This document shows positions 17,981 to 27,133 of a stretch of DNA of 64,000 bases, in pieces. The translations under genes were made by a program, and so were the position numbers. Location of the stretch: positions 265,768-329,767 of the forward strand of contig OZ244229.1 in the NCBI GenBank assembly GCA_965217045.1, given 5' to 3'. The notes beneath the pieces are model-generated. The model worked only from the letters and a program-made list of their open reading frames with translations, ran no database searches and was not told the DNA's origin. This stretch comes from Vicinamibacterales bacterium. GTDB lineage: Bacteria > Acidobacteriota > Vicinamibacteria > Vicinamibacterales > UBA8438. The number at the start of each line of letters is the position of its first letter. The stretch's first letter is position 1.

Positions 17981-19726
17981 GACTCCCCACCATTTTGCAA
18001 GTGCCTTTTTGCGTCGTCGTGACGGCAGTCGAGATGGGCGTGAGGTGACGGGATGGCGCATGGACGCTGCCGTCGCGGTGGACGCAAAGACGCGCCCACC
18101 GCGCCTTGGACACGCCGCAGACGACGTGCCCACAGCGCCCACGAGCCGTTTCGTCATCGGACTCGCCAAGGCGTGGGGAATGTCGATCGAGGGCGTGTGT
18201 TGCGAGTTCACGCGGTGACATTTCCTGCACGGTGCGGGTCGAAGCAGGTGCCGTCGCGGAGCATGGCGCAGGCGACGTTGAGCAGGCGGTCGGCCACTGA
18301 GCGCAGGGAGCGGGCGTGTCCATGGCCGCGGCTGCGCAGCGCCTGATACTTGGCGCGGCTGACCGGGTCGCGGTGGGCGGCGACGCGAGCCCAGTGGTAG
18401 GCGGCGTCGCGCAGCCGGTCGTGGGCAGCCAGGCGGCGCACCACGAGCAGGCTCTTGCCCGAACGCCGGGTGACCGGCGCCACCCCGCAGAGACAGCGAA
18501 GCGCGGCGTAGTCCCGCCGCCGCAGCGCGTCGCTACCCTCGGCAAACAGACAAGCGAGAACGCCGGTGCCGATGCCGGGCAGCGATAGCAGGATGGCCGC
18601 GTCGGGCGGCGGTGGCGACGGCTCTGGCTCGCTCTCGGCGGGCGCGTCCGGGTCTTCCGCCGGTGCGGCCTCGGCGAGCTGGTGCACCAATCGGTCGAGC
18701 TGGCTGCGCGCGTGCGCCAGTTGCCGGTTGACCAGTACGAGGCGTTCGGCGATGAGCCGCACATGCGCGGCGGCGGCCTCGGCGGCACCTGGCGCGACCC
18801 GGACGGCCGGCGCCCGCAGCCGGTCACACAGCGTCGCGGCGTCGACCCGGCGGATGCGGTGCTGTTTCAACAACTTGGTCAGCGTCGCTTCGCGAACGCG
18901 CTGCGCCGCAACCGGCGTCGGCAGGCGCCGCCACAGGGCGAGCGCCCAGGGCGCCGCGACGTCGTCGCTGGTCGCGGCGAGCAACTGCGGGTAGTAGCGC
19001 CAGAGCTGCTCGCGCATCCGGTTCGCCTGGCGAACGCGTTCCCGCGTAATCTCCTCGCTCAGGCGCGACCACTCCCGCAACTCGACGATCACTGGGTCGG
19101 TCGGCTCCAGCCGCCGCAGACAGTGCGGGTCGGTGCGTAGCGCCGAGGCCAGCACCCGCGCATCCCGTCGGTCATCCTTCGCCCCCGCCGGCGAGATGCG
19201 GTCGCGGAAGCGGTCGAGCTGCTTCGGATTGATCGCGTGGACAGCGAAGCCCCGTTCCATCAGGCTCTCGACCACCGGCCCGCGCGGTGTCTCGATCGCC
19301 ACGCCGACCTGCTCCGCCTTACCCGCCGTAAAAGACAGAAGCCAGTCCGCCATCTCCGACAGCCCCTGGCCGCCATGCTCGAACGCCCGCTCGCCGAGCA
19401 GCTTCCCGGCAACGTCGATTACGCACGCTTGGTGCGTCTGCGATCCCCAGTCGACACCCACGAACCAGGCCAGCTCCACATCGAACCTCCTATCTGTCGC
19501 ATCTCACGGGCGCGCCAACGATGCCTGCCGGTCCCTGTACTGGCGCTCTGCGGCGCAAACTCCCCACGGGGCATCCATCGGAGGCTGAACCGCCGGGGCA
19601 CAGGTCCTTTTCAGGTGCTCGATGCACAGGGACCCCCTGGGTGCTCCCGGCGGTCTGCCCGACTCCGCGAGGCCATCCCGCGAAGTCGTCCGGAAGGGTA
19701 CAGGGACCCCGTGGCCACTTGAAATG
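17981..19726 (-). mobile_element. IS110-family element, copy B (variant), head-to-tail with copy A
   Basis: Right end GACTCCCCACCATTTTGCAAG from 17981. Left end ...GTGGCCACTTGAAATG at 19726, followed by GGACCCCC of the IS21. The terminal 7 bp are shared or ambiguous with the IS21 end. Confidence 0.85.
18208..19479 (-). CDS. IS110-family DEDD transposase (423 aa)
   Basis: ORF track. N-terminal FVGVDWGSQTHQACV and C-terminal LLSLPGIGTGVLA motifs. It differs from copy C at about 7 residues. Confidence 0.9.
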   Translation of the reverse strand: MELAWFVGVDWGSQTHQACVIDVAGKLLGERAFEHGGQGLSEMADWLLSFTAGKAEQVGVAIETPRGPVVESLMERGFAVHAINPKQLDRFRDRISPAGAKDDRRDARVLASALRTDPHCLRRLEPTDPVIVELREWSRLSEEITRERVRQANRMREQLWRYYPQLLAATSDDVAAPWALALWRRLPTPVAAQRVREATLTKLLKQHRIRRVDAATLCDRLRAPAVRVAPGAAEAAAAHVRLIAERLVLVNRQLAHARSQLDRLVHQLAEAAPAEDPDAPAESEPEPSPPPPDAAILLSLPGIGTGVLACLFAEGSDALRRRDYAALRCLCGVAPVTRRSGKSLLVVRRLAAHDRLRDAAYHWARVAAHRDPVSRAKYQALRSRGHGHARSLRSVADRLLNVACAMLRDGTCFDPHRAGNVTA

Positions 19727-20422
19727 GGACCCCCTGAGCACTCGGAAACAGCGCTCGCCTGGCGATAATCGAGGTGGCGAGACACGGTCGTCTCGTCGAC
19801 CGAGCCAGGAGGACGCGGAGGTGATCAGGATGTCCCAGTGGGTCGAGGTCCGCCACCTGCATCTGGTGGAGGGTGTGCCGAAGAAGGAGATCGCCCGTCG
19901 GTTGAAGTTGGATGTCAAGACGGTGCGGCGGGCCATCGGCCGGCCGACGCCGCCGGTGCGGGTGTCGCCGCCGCGGCCCAGCACCCTGGCCCCGTGGCGG
20001 GAGCAGATCAAGCAGTGGCTGTGCGCGGAGCCGCGGTTGACTGTCAGCAGTCACTTCGAACTGATCAATTCTGGACGCGTGTCGGTGCACCGGGCCGGTT
20101 GCCTGGTTCGTCGACGTCTTGATGAAGAAGAAGATGATGGCTGTGGTCGCTGTGCGAAACTGCGTCTGCGCGGTTTTGCAAACTCCTGTGGGCGCGGTTG
20201 TTTGCGTCCACAGGAGTGGCGGCGTCCACAGCCTCCGGAGCTGGCGGGCAGCGACTCGTTCGGGTAGCGTAGGCAGCGGGCTGAAACGTGGGGTGAGGGC
20301 CCGGTATGGCCAGCGGACCCTCGTGACCGCCCCGAGCTCCGACAGAGCGAGCCGGTCGGTGCTGTTGTGCCACGGTTCGAACGCGTTGTCCAGTCGGAGA
20401 TCGCCCCGCGCGCTCCGACGCC

Positions 20423-20902
20423 GTGGACGTCCCGCTCCGCCAGAAGACCTGCCGACGTTGCAGTCGCCTGTTTGCCATCTGCGCGGCGTGTGATCGCGGC
20501 CATGCTTACTGCACGCCGCCGTGCCGGGTGCTCGGCCGGCGCCGCTCGGTGCGGGCCGCCCGGGCTCGGCATCAGCGGAGCCTGGAAGGTCGCCTCGACC
20601 ACCGCGACCGCCAGCGCGCCTACCGCGTCCGCCGCCGCGTGACGGATCAGGGTTCCGCCGCCCCCCGGCCATCGGCCAGACTCCCCGTCGTTGATCTCGC
20701 CCCGGTTCGGGCGCCCGCGGCCACCCGCTGCGTGGTCTGCGGGCGGTCGAGCCGGTGGCTGGTCGCGAGGCGGGAACCCCGCGTCCATCGGAAGAGGAGC
20801 GACGATGATCACGCCCGCGCAGCGCGCCGAGATCCGGCGTCTGTACTACGGCGAGCACTGGAAGATCGGGACCATCGCGGCCCAGCTCGGCCTCCACCGT
20901 GA
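20423..20902 (+). CDS. Cys-rich (zinc-ribbon-like) accessory ORF in the left arm of IS21 b
   Basis: ORF track. KTCRRCSRLFAICAACDRGHAYCTPPCR...RHQRSLEGRLDHRDRQRAYR...RCVVCGR. The start and the stop are uncertain, and the tail overlaps istA. Confidence 0.35.
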   Translation: MDVPLRQKTCRRCSRLFAICAACDRGHAYCTPPCRVLGRRRSVRAARARHQRSLEGRLDHRDRQRAYRVRRRVTDQGSAAPRPSARLPVVDLAPVRAPAATRCVVCGRSSRWLVARREPRVHRKRSDDDHARAARRDPASVLRRALEDRDHRGPARPPP

Positions 20903-22300
20903 GACGGTCCGGACTGCGGTCGAGCACGAGTCGGGCGGTGTCCGCCGCGGGGTGTGCCGGCCCAGCGCTCTCGACCCGTATCTGCCGTTCATCCGCGACA
21001 CGCTCCCGCCTGCGCGCCACGCGCATCCACGAGATGGTCCGCCAGCGCGGCTATCCCGGCTCGGTCATCCAGGTCCGACGCCTCGTCAAGCGCCTGCGGC
21101 CTGAGACCACCCGCGCCGTCTACCGTCGGGTCGTCACGCTGGCCGGCGAGTCCGCGCAGGTCGACTGGGGCTCGTTCGGCAAGGTCCGCATCGGACACGG
21201 CACCCGCGCCGTCTCCGGATTCGTCATGGTCCTCGGCTACTCGCGCGCCCTCGCCGCATTGTTCACCCTCGACCAGACCCTCGAGAGCTTTCTGCGGGGC
21301 CACGTCGACGCCTTCGAAGCCCTCGGCGGCGTCGCCCGCAACCTCGTCTACGACAACCTGCGCAGCGCCGTGCTCGACCGCCGCGGCACGGCCGTGCAGT
21401 TTCACCCCCGCCTGCTCGACCTCGCCGGCCACTACCACTTCGCGCCCCGCCCCTGCACGCCGGGACGCGGAAACGAGAAGGGGAAAATCGAACGGCAGAT
21501 CCAATACCTGCGGCACGCCTTCTTCGCCGCCCGGCCCTTCCGCGACCTCGACGACCTCAACGCCCAGTTCCGACGCTGGCGAGACGACGTCGCCCACCGA
21601 CGGCGTCACCCCGAACTGCCCGACCGCACCGTCGCCGACGTCTGGGCCGACGAGAAGCCCCGACTGCTGCCGCTGCCCGCCCATCGCTTCGAGACCGAGC
21701 TCGTGCGCGTCGTCCGCTCCGGCAAGACACCCTACGTCCGCTTCGACCGCAATCTCTACTCGGATCCCCCACACCCACGTCCGAAAGCCCCTGACGCTGC
21801 TCGCCAGCGCCACCCGCGTCCGCATCCTCGACCAGCAGACCGAGCTGGCCCGCCATCCCCGCAGCTATGACACCGGACAGACCGTCGAGGACCCCGCGCA
21901 TCTGGAAGGGCTGCTCGCCGCCACCCGCCAAGCCAACGTCCACACCACCCGCGACCGGCTCCGCGCCGCCGTCCCCGCCACCGCCGCCCTCTTCGAGCGG
22001 CTTGCGGAGCGCGGCGAGGCGCTACGACCGCATGCCACCAGGCTGCTCGCTCTGCTCGACGACTACGGACCGCAGGAGCTGGCTGCCGCCGTCGACGACG
22101 CCCTCCAACGGGACGCCCTCGGTGCCGGCTCGATCACCCACATCCTCGAAACGCGCCGGCGACAGCGCGGACTCAAACCGCCGCTCCGCCTCACGCTACC
22201 CGACCGACCCGGACTGCGAGACCTCGACGTCCGGTCCCATAACCTGGAGACCTACGATGCCCTCGGCCGACACGACCACCACGACGACGCTGGCGACTAA
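20805..22300 (+). pseudogene. istA: IS21 transposase IstA (b), two frameshifts (about 21000 and about 21765)
   Basis: MITPAQRAEIRRLYYGEHWKIGTIAAQLG.../...RLRATRIHEMVRQRGYPGS...DWGSFG.../...IPHTHVRKPLTLLASATRVRILD... are spread over three frames. Confidence 0.85.
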
Positions 22301-23188
22301 GGACAGTGATCGATATAAGGTTGCCACGTGCATCCAGGCGGAGCCCGTTTTCTGCGGCTTCGGGCGCTCGGCACACAGCAAGGTAATTTCCGTCAGTGTC
22401 CTAACCTCCGGCGACTCGGCTTCAACCGCACCGCCGACGACCTCAACGACCTCATCGCTCAGGCCGCCCGCAAGCGCTCGAGCGCCACCGTCCTGCTCGA
22501 ACACATCGTCGCCGCTGAGCTCGAAGACAAACAGCGCCGTAGCGTCGAGAGCCGACTCACCCGCGCCCGTCTCGGACGCTTCAAGCCGTTCGCCGACTGG
22601 GACTGGCAATGGCCCACCGCGCTGGACCGTCCCACCCTCGAACGCATCCTCACGCTCGACTTCCTCGCCCGCGGCGAGAACGTCATCCTCGTCGGTGCGC
22701 AAGGCTTGGGGAAGACCATGCTGGCGAAGAACGTCGCCCACCAAGCCATCCTCACTGGGCACACCGCCCTCTTCACCACCGCCGCCGATCTGCTGCTCGA
22801 CCTCAATGGACAGGAGACCGCACGCGCCCTCGAACGACGCCTCCGGCACTACACGCGGCCCGCGCTCATCGTGGTCGATGAGGTGGGCTACCTCGCCTAC
22901 GACGCCCGAGCCGCCGACCTGCTCTTCCAACTCGTCAGCCGCCGCTACGAGCACCGCTCCTTGCTCATCACCACCAACCTGCCGTTCAAGCGCTGGGACA
23001 CCGTCTTCCCCAACGCCTCGTGCGCCGTCGCACTGATCGACCGGCTGACCCACCACGTCGAGATCCTGCTCCTTGAAGGCCGGAGCTATCGCAGGCGCGA
23101 GGCCGAGATCAGCCAGCAGGAGCGAAACCGCCAACGATCGCACCGTGACGACGCGCCGGAATCACCGCGACCCTCACGTCGTCAATGA
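22257..23188 (+). pseudogene. istB: IS21 IstB (b), interrupted after codon 14 by a MITE
   Basis: MPSADTTTTTTLAT(22257-22300) joins NLRRLGFNRTADDL... in frame once 104 bp (MITE plus one TAA) are removed. Walker A GAQGLGKTM. Confidence 0.8.
22301..22401. mobile_element. 101-bp MITE derived from the ISAzo13-like element ends
   Basis: Inverted ends GGACAGTGATCG... and ...CGTCAGTGTCC, flanked by TAA at 22298-22300 and 22402-22404. The arms match the ends of the element at 57429-58723 (about 22/25 and 22/28). Confidence 0.75.
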
Positions 23189-24505
23189 GACCGGTCGATA
23201 CCTGTGCAGAAATGATCAGTTTCTCGCGCTCGGCAACAGTTGACCGCCAAACGGATTCGCCGGTTGCTGCTGCCGTTGGCCGGACCGCTCCCGGCTCGCA
23301 CGGTGCGCCGCTACGTCGCGGGACTGCGGGCAGCCGGCACCGCGAAGGAGGCTTTCGTGCACCGTAGCGTGCTCCCCGGCACGACGATGGAGGTCGACTT
23401 CGGCGAGTCGTGGGTCGATGTCGCCGGCGTGCCGTGCAAGGTGAAGTACCTGGTGGCGACGCTGCCGTTCTCCAACGCGTACTTCGCCAAGGCGTACCCG
23501 GTTGAGCGTCTCGAGTCGCTGCTCGACGGCATCGAGTCGGCGTTTTGGTACCTTCGGGGGCGTCGTGAAACGCCTCGTCCTGGACAACACCTCGCTGGCG
23601 GTCAAGAAGGTGTTGGCGGGCCGGGACCGGGTGCAGACCGAGGCGTTCGAAGCATTCCGGGGCGGGTATCCCTTCGGTGCCGAGTTCTGCGCGCCGGCCA
23701 AGGGCTGGGAGAAGGGTTCCGTGGAGGGCGGTGTCAAGTACGTCCGCAACCTGGTGTTGCGGCCGCGGCTGGCGGTGGCGAGCTGGGCGGCGCTCAACGC
23801 GGCGATCCTCGCCGAGCTGGAGGCGGACCTGCCGACGCGCCACCTCGACGACGGGCGCTCGGTGCAGGACGCGTTGACACTGGAACGGCAGCATCTGCGA
23901 GCGATGCCCGTGCACCTTCCCGCCACCTGCCGCGTCGTCGCGCGAGTGGCCGACAAGTTCGGACACGTCCGGGTGGACCACGTCACCTACTCGGTACCGA
24001 TCCGCCACGCCTACCGGCCGGTGTGGGTGAAGCTGTATCACGACCGGGTGGCGGTCGCCGTCGGCGCCGAGGTGGTGGCGCAGCACGCCCGCGCGTTCTG
24101 CAGAGGCACGAAGGTCCTCGATGCGTTTCACGTGCTGCCGTTGCTCGAGCGCAAGCACCGGGCGGTGGCCGAGGCGACGGCGCTCGTCGACTGGCCGCTG
24201 GCGCCGGTGTGGCGGCAGGTGCGGGCCGAACTGGCCAGGCACACGCGCAAGCCCGATCAGGAGTGGGTCCGGATGCTGCGGCTGATGGAGACGCAGCCGG
24301 CCGCGGCCGTCGAGCGCGCGGTGACGGCCGCGCTCGAGCGCCATTCGCCGCGTCTCGAGACGGTGCGGCTCCTCCTGCGCCAGCAGCAGAGTGGCCCGCC
24401 GCCGGTGTGCCGGCCGGTGACGGGGGTGCGTCCGGAACTGGCGCAGATCGTGGTGCCCACCCCGACGCTGTCGGCGTATGACGCTCTGGTGGAGGGCCGT
24501 TGCTA

Positions 24506-25294
24506 ATGGTGACCGCGATTGCCGAGCCGCCGCATTTGGAGACGGACCTGAAGACGCTGTGCCTGTCGACGGTCGCGACGCAGTGGCGGCCGCTGGCCGA
24601 GCAGGCCACCCGCCAGCGTCAGCCGCCGGCCGACTACCTGGCTCAGTTGGTCCATCTGGAGGTGACCGGCCGCCGGGAGCGCCGCATCCAACGCCGCATC
24701 CAGGATGCTCGCTTCCCGATGCTCAAGACGCTCGACGCCTTCTCGTTCGACGCACAGCCGGACCTGGACCGCGACGCGGTCCTGCACATCTTCGACTGCC
24801 GCTTCGTCGCCGACGCCGCCAACGTCGTGTTCGTCGGCGGAGTCGGCACGGGGAAGACGCATCTGTCGATCGCGTTGGGGATGGCCTGCTGCCAGCACGA
24901 CTACCGGGTGCGGTTCGTGACCGCCGCCGAACTGGTCACGCTGCTCGTCGAAGCGCAGCAACAGGGCCGACTGCAACGCAAGCTCGACCAGCTCGCCCGC
25001 TACGACGTCGTAATCCTCGACGAACTGGGCTACGTGCCGTTCGACAAGGCCGGCGCCGACCTGCTGTTCGGCTTCATCAGCCAGCGCTACGAGCGCCGGA
25101 GCCTCGTCGTGACGACGAATCTGCCGTTCGCGCGCTGGTCCGAGGTGTTCCTCGACACCACGGCCGCCGCCGCGGTCATCGACCGGATCGTCCACCACGC
25201 CACCGTGTTGACGACCGCCGGCGACAGCTACCGGCTCAAGACCGCCACACGCAACCAGGCGTCCCGCGCGCCACAGGAGGTGCCACGGCAATAG
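24506..25294 (+). CDS. istB: IS21 helper ATPase IstB (a)
   Basis: Walker A GGVGTGKTH and Walker B VVILDELGY. Its ATG overlaps the istA stop (TAATG). Confidence 0.9.
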   Translation: MVTAIAEPPHLETDLKTLCLSTVATQWRPLAEQATRQRQPPADYLAQLVHLEVTGRRERRIQRRIQDARFPMLKTLDAFSFDAQPDLDRDAVLHIFDCRFVADAANVVFVGGVGTGKTHLSIALGMACCQHDYRVRFVTAAELVTLLVEAQQQGRLQRKLDQLARYDVVILDELGYVPFDKAGADLLFGFISQRYERRSLVVTTNLPFARWSEVFLDTTAAAAVIDRIVHHATVLTTAGDSYRLKTATRNQASRAPQEVPRQ

Positions 25295-25297
25295 CGC

Positions 25298-25350
25298 TCA
25301 TCGCGACGTGGCCTCCCGTCGCTCCGCTCCGTCCGGCCACGTCGCGATGA
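25298..25350 (+). terminator. 16-bp perfect hairpin just after the istB (a) stop
   Basis: TCATCGCGACGTGGCC (25298-25313) pairs with GGCCACGTCGCGATGA (25335-25350) across a 21-nt loop. There is no U-tract. Confidence 0.4.
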
Positions 25351-25376
25351 CCACCACAACCCAAGAATGGGGGTCC

Positions 25377-25632
25377 CATTTCACGTGGCCACAAAGGTCC
25401 CTGTACCTTTCTCAATGACTTCGCGCGGGTAAATCTCAAATCTCGCGGAGTCGGGCAGGCCGCCGGGAGCCACCGAGGGGTCCCTGTGTCTCGAGCACTT
25501 GAAAAGGACTTGTGCCCCGGCGTTCAGCCAGCGATGGATGCCCCGTGGGGAGTTTGCGCCATCGAGCGCCAGTACAGGGACCGGCAGGCATCGTTGGCGC
25601 GCCCGTGAAATGCGGCAGATAGGAGGTTCGAT
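25377..25632 (+). ncRNA. candidate structured non-coding RNA in the IS110 left end (bridge-RNA-like)
   Basis: This is 256 nt of non-coding sequence upstream of the GTG start. It has an 11-bp long-range complement (25396-25406 with 25572-25582) and several internal hairpins. It also has an 11-mer that is the reverse complement of the element's right junction. See the findings. Confidence 0.4.
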
Positions 25633-26904
25633 GTGGAGCTGGCCTGGTTCGTGGGTGTCGACTGGGGATCGCAGACGCACCAAGCGTGCGTAAGCGACGT
25701 TGCCGGGAAGCTGCTCGGCGAGCGGGCGTTCGAGCATGGCGGCCAGGGGCTGTCGGAGATGGCGGACTGGCTTCTGTCTTTTACGGCGGGTAAGGCGGAG
25801 CAGGTCGGCGTGGCGATCGAGACACCGCGCGGGCCGGTGGTCGAGAGCCTGATGGAACGGGGCTTCGCTGTCCACGCGATCAATCCGAAGCAGCTCGACC
25901 GCTTCCGCGACCGCATCTCGCCGGCGGGGGCGAAGGATGACCGACGGGATGCGCGGGTGCTGGCCTCGGCGCTACGCACCGACCCGCACTGTCTGCGGCG
26001 GCTGGAGCCGACCGACCCAGCGATCGTCGAGTTGCGGGAGTGGTCGCGCCTGAGCGAGGAGATTACGCGGGAACGCGTTCGCCAGGCGAACCGGATGCGC
26101 GAGCAGCTCTGGCGCTACTACCCGCAGCTGCTCGCCGCGACCAGCGACGATGTCGCGGCGTCCTGGGCGCTCGCCCTGTGGCGGCGCCTGCCGACGCCGG
26201 TTGCGGCGCAGCGCGTTCGCGAAGCGACGCTCGCCAAGTTGTTGAAACAGCACCGCATCCGCCGGGTCGACGCCGCGACGCTGTGTGACCGGCTGCGGGC
26301 GCCGGCCGTCCGGGTCGCGCCAGGTGCCGCCGAGGCCGCCGCCGCGCATGTGCGGCTCGTCGCCGAACGCCTCGTACTGGTCAACCGGCAACTGGCGCAC
26401 GCGCGCAGCCAGCTCGACCGATTGGTGCACCAGCTCGCCGAGGCCGCACCGGCGGAAGACCCGGACGCGCACGCCGAGAGCGAGCCAGAGCCGTCGCCAC
26501 CGCCGCCCGACGCGGCCATCCTGCTATCGCTGCCCGGCATCGGCACCGGCGTCCTCGCTTGTCTGCTTGCCGAGGGTAGCGACGCGCTGCGGCGGCGGGA
26601 CTACGCCGCGCTTCGCTGTCTCTGCGGGGTGGCGCCGGTCACCCGGCGTTCGGGCAAGAGCCTGCTCGTGGTGCGCCGCCTGGCTGCCCACGACCGGCTG
26701 CGCGACGCCGCCTACCACTGGGCTCGCGTCGCTGCCCACCGCGACCCGGTCAGCCGCGCCAAGTATCAGGCGCTGCGCAGCCGCGGCCATGGACACGCCC
26801 GCTCCCTGCGCTCAGTGGCCGACCGCCTGCTCAACGTCGCCTGCGCCATGCTCCGCGACGGCACCTGCTTCGACCCGCACCGTGCAGGAAATGTCACCGC
26901 GTGA
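25633..26904 (+). CDS. IS110-family DEDD transposase (423 aa)
   Basis: ORF track. GTG start 6 nt after AGGAGG. Confidence 0.9.
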   Translation: MELAWFVGVDWGSQTHQACVSDVAGKLLGERAFEHGGQGLSEMADWLLSFTAGKAEQVGVAIETPRGPVVESLMERGFAVHAINPKQLDRFRDRISPAGAKDDRRDARVLASALRTDPHCLRRLEPTDPAIVELREWSRLSEEITRERVRQANRMREQLWRYYPQLLAATSDDVAASWALALWRRLPTPVAAQRVREATLAKLLKQHRIRRVDAATLCDRLRAPAVRVAPGAAEAAAAHVRLVAERLVLVNRQLAHARSQLDRLVHQLAEAAPAEDPDAHAESEPEPSPPPPDAAILLSLPGIGTGVLACLLAEGSDALRRRDYAALRCLCGVAPVTRRSGKSLLVVRRLAAHDRLRDAAYHWARVAAHRDPVSRAKYQALRSRGHGHARSLRSVADRLLNVACAMLRDGTCFDPHRAGNVTA

Positions 26905-27133
26905 ACTCGTAACACACGCTCTCGATCGACATTCGCCACGCCTTGGCGAGTCCGATGACGAAACGGCTCGTGGGCGCTGTGGGCACGTCGTCTGCGGCGT
27001 GTCCAAGGCGCGGTGGGCGCGTCTTTGCGTCCACGGCGCCGGCAGCGTCCATGCGCCATCCCGTCACCTCACGCCCATCTCGACCGCCGTCACGACGACG
27101 CAAAAAGACACTTGCAAAATGGTGGGGAGTCCT

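Larger units (their letters stand above)
20042..23238 (+). mobile_element. IS21-family element b, nested in istA of element a
   Basis: Termini are TGTCAGCAGTCACTTCGAACTGATCAATTC (from 20042) and ...GAAATGATCAGTTTCTCGCGCTCGGCAACA (to 23238). The 6-bp duplication GTTGAC is at 20036-20041 and 23239-23244. The host istA frame is restored when the element is removed. Confidence 0.85.
19830..24506 (+). pseudogene. istA: IS21 transposase IstA (a), interrupted by IS21 b and by one frameshift near 23551
   Basis: MSQWVEVRHLHLVEGVPKKEIARRL...EPRLT stops at 20041 and resumes as AKRIRRLLL at 23245. The frame changes at AFWY/FGGVVKRLVLDN. Confidence 0.85.
19720..25383 (+). mobile_element. IS21-family element a (carries nested IS21 b)
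   Basis: An istA/istB pair. Both ends carry TGAAATGGGACCCCC (19720-19734, and the reverse complement at 25369-25383). The outermost 7 bp overlap the IS110 left ends, so the boundaries are ambiguous by 7 bp. Confidence 0.7.
25377..27131 (+). mobile_element. IS110-family element, copy C
   Basis: The left end CATTTCACGTGGCCAC starts at 25377, after GGGGGTCC of the IS21. The right end ...CAAAATGGTGGGGAGTC finishes at 27131. The subterminal repeat CACTTGCAAAATG (27109-27121) is an inverted copy of the left terminus. Confidence 0.85.

Noticed and set aside
25377-25632. Alternative reading: the 250-bp region is the multi-repeat terminal part of the IS21, not the IS110 left end
   Set aside because: It was considered because GGTCCCTGT-like motifs recur, as IS21 ends do. 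However, copy A carries the same region directly joined to the copy B right end with no IS21 body behind it, and all three IS110 copies carry it. It stays flagged as something that would refute the bridge-RNA finding.
26285-27133. N-terminal 283 codons of the 392-aa ORF 26285-27463
   Set aside because: This is an out-of-frame read-through of the IS110 transposase gene and right end. Only the last 110 codons (the IstA fragment) are meaningful.
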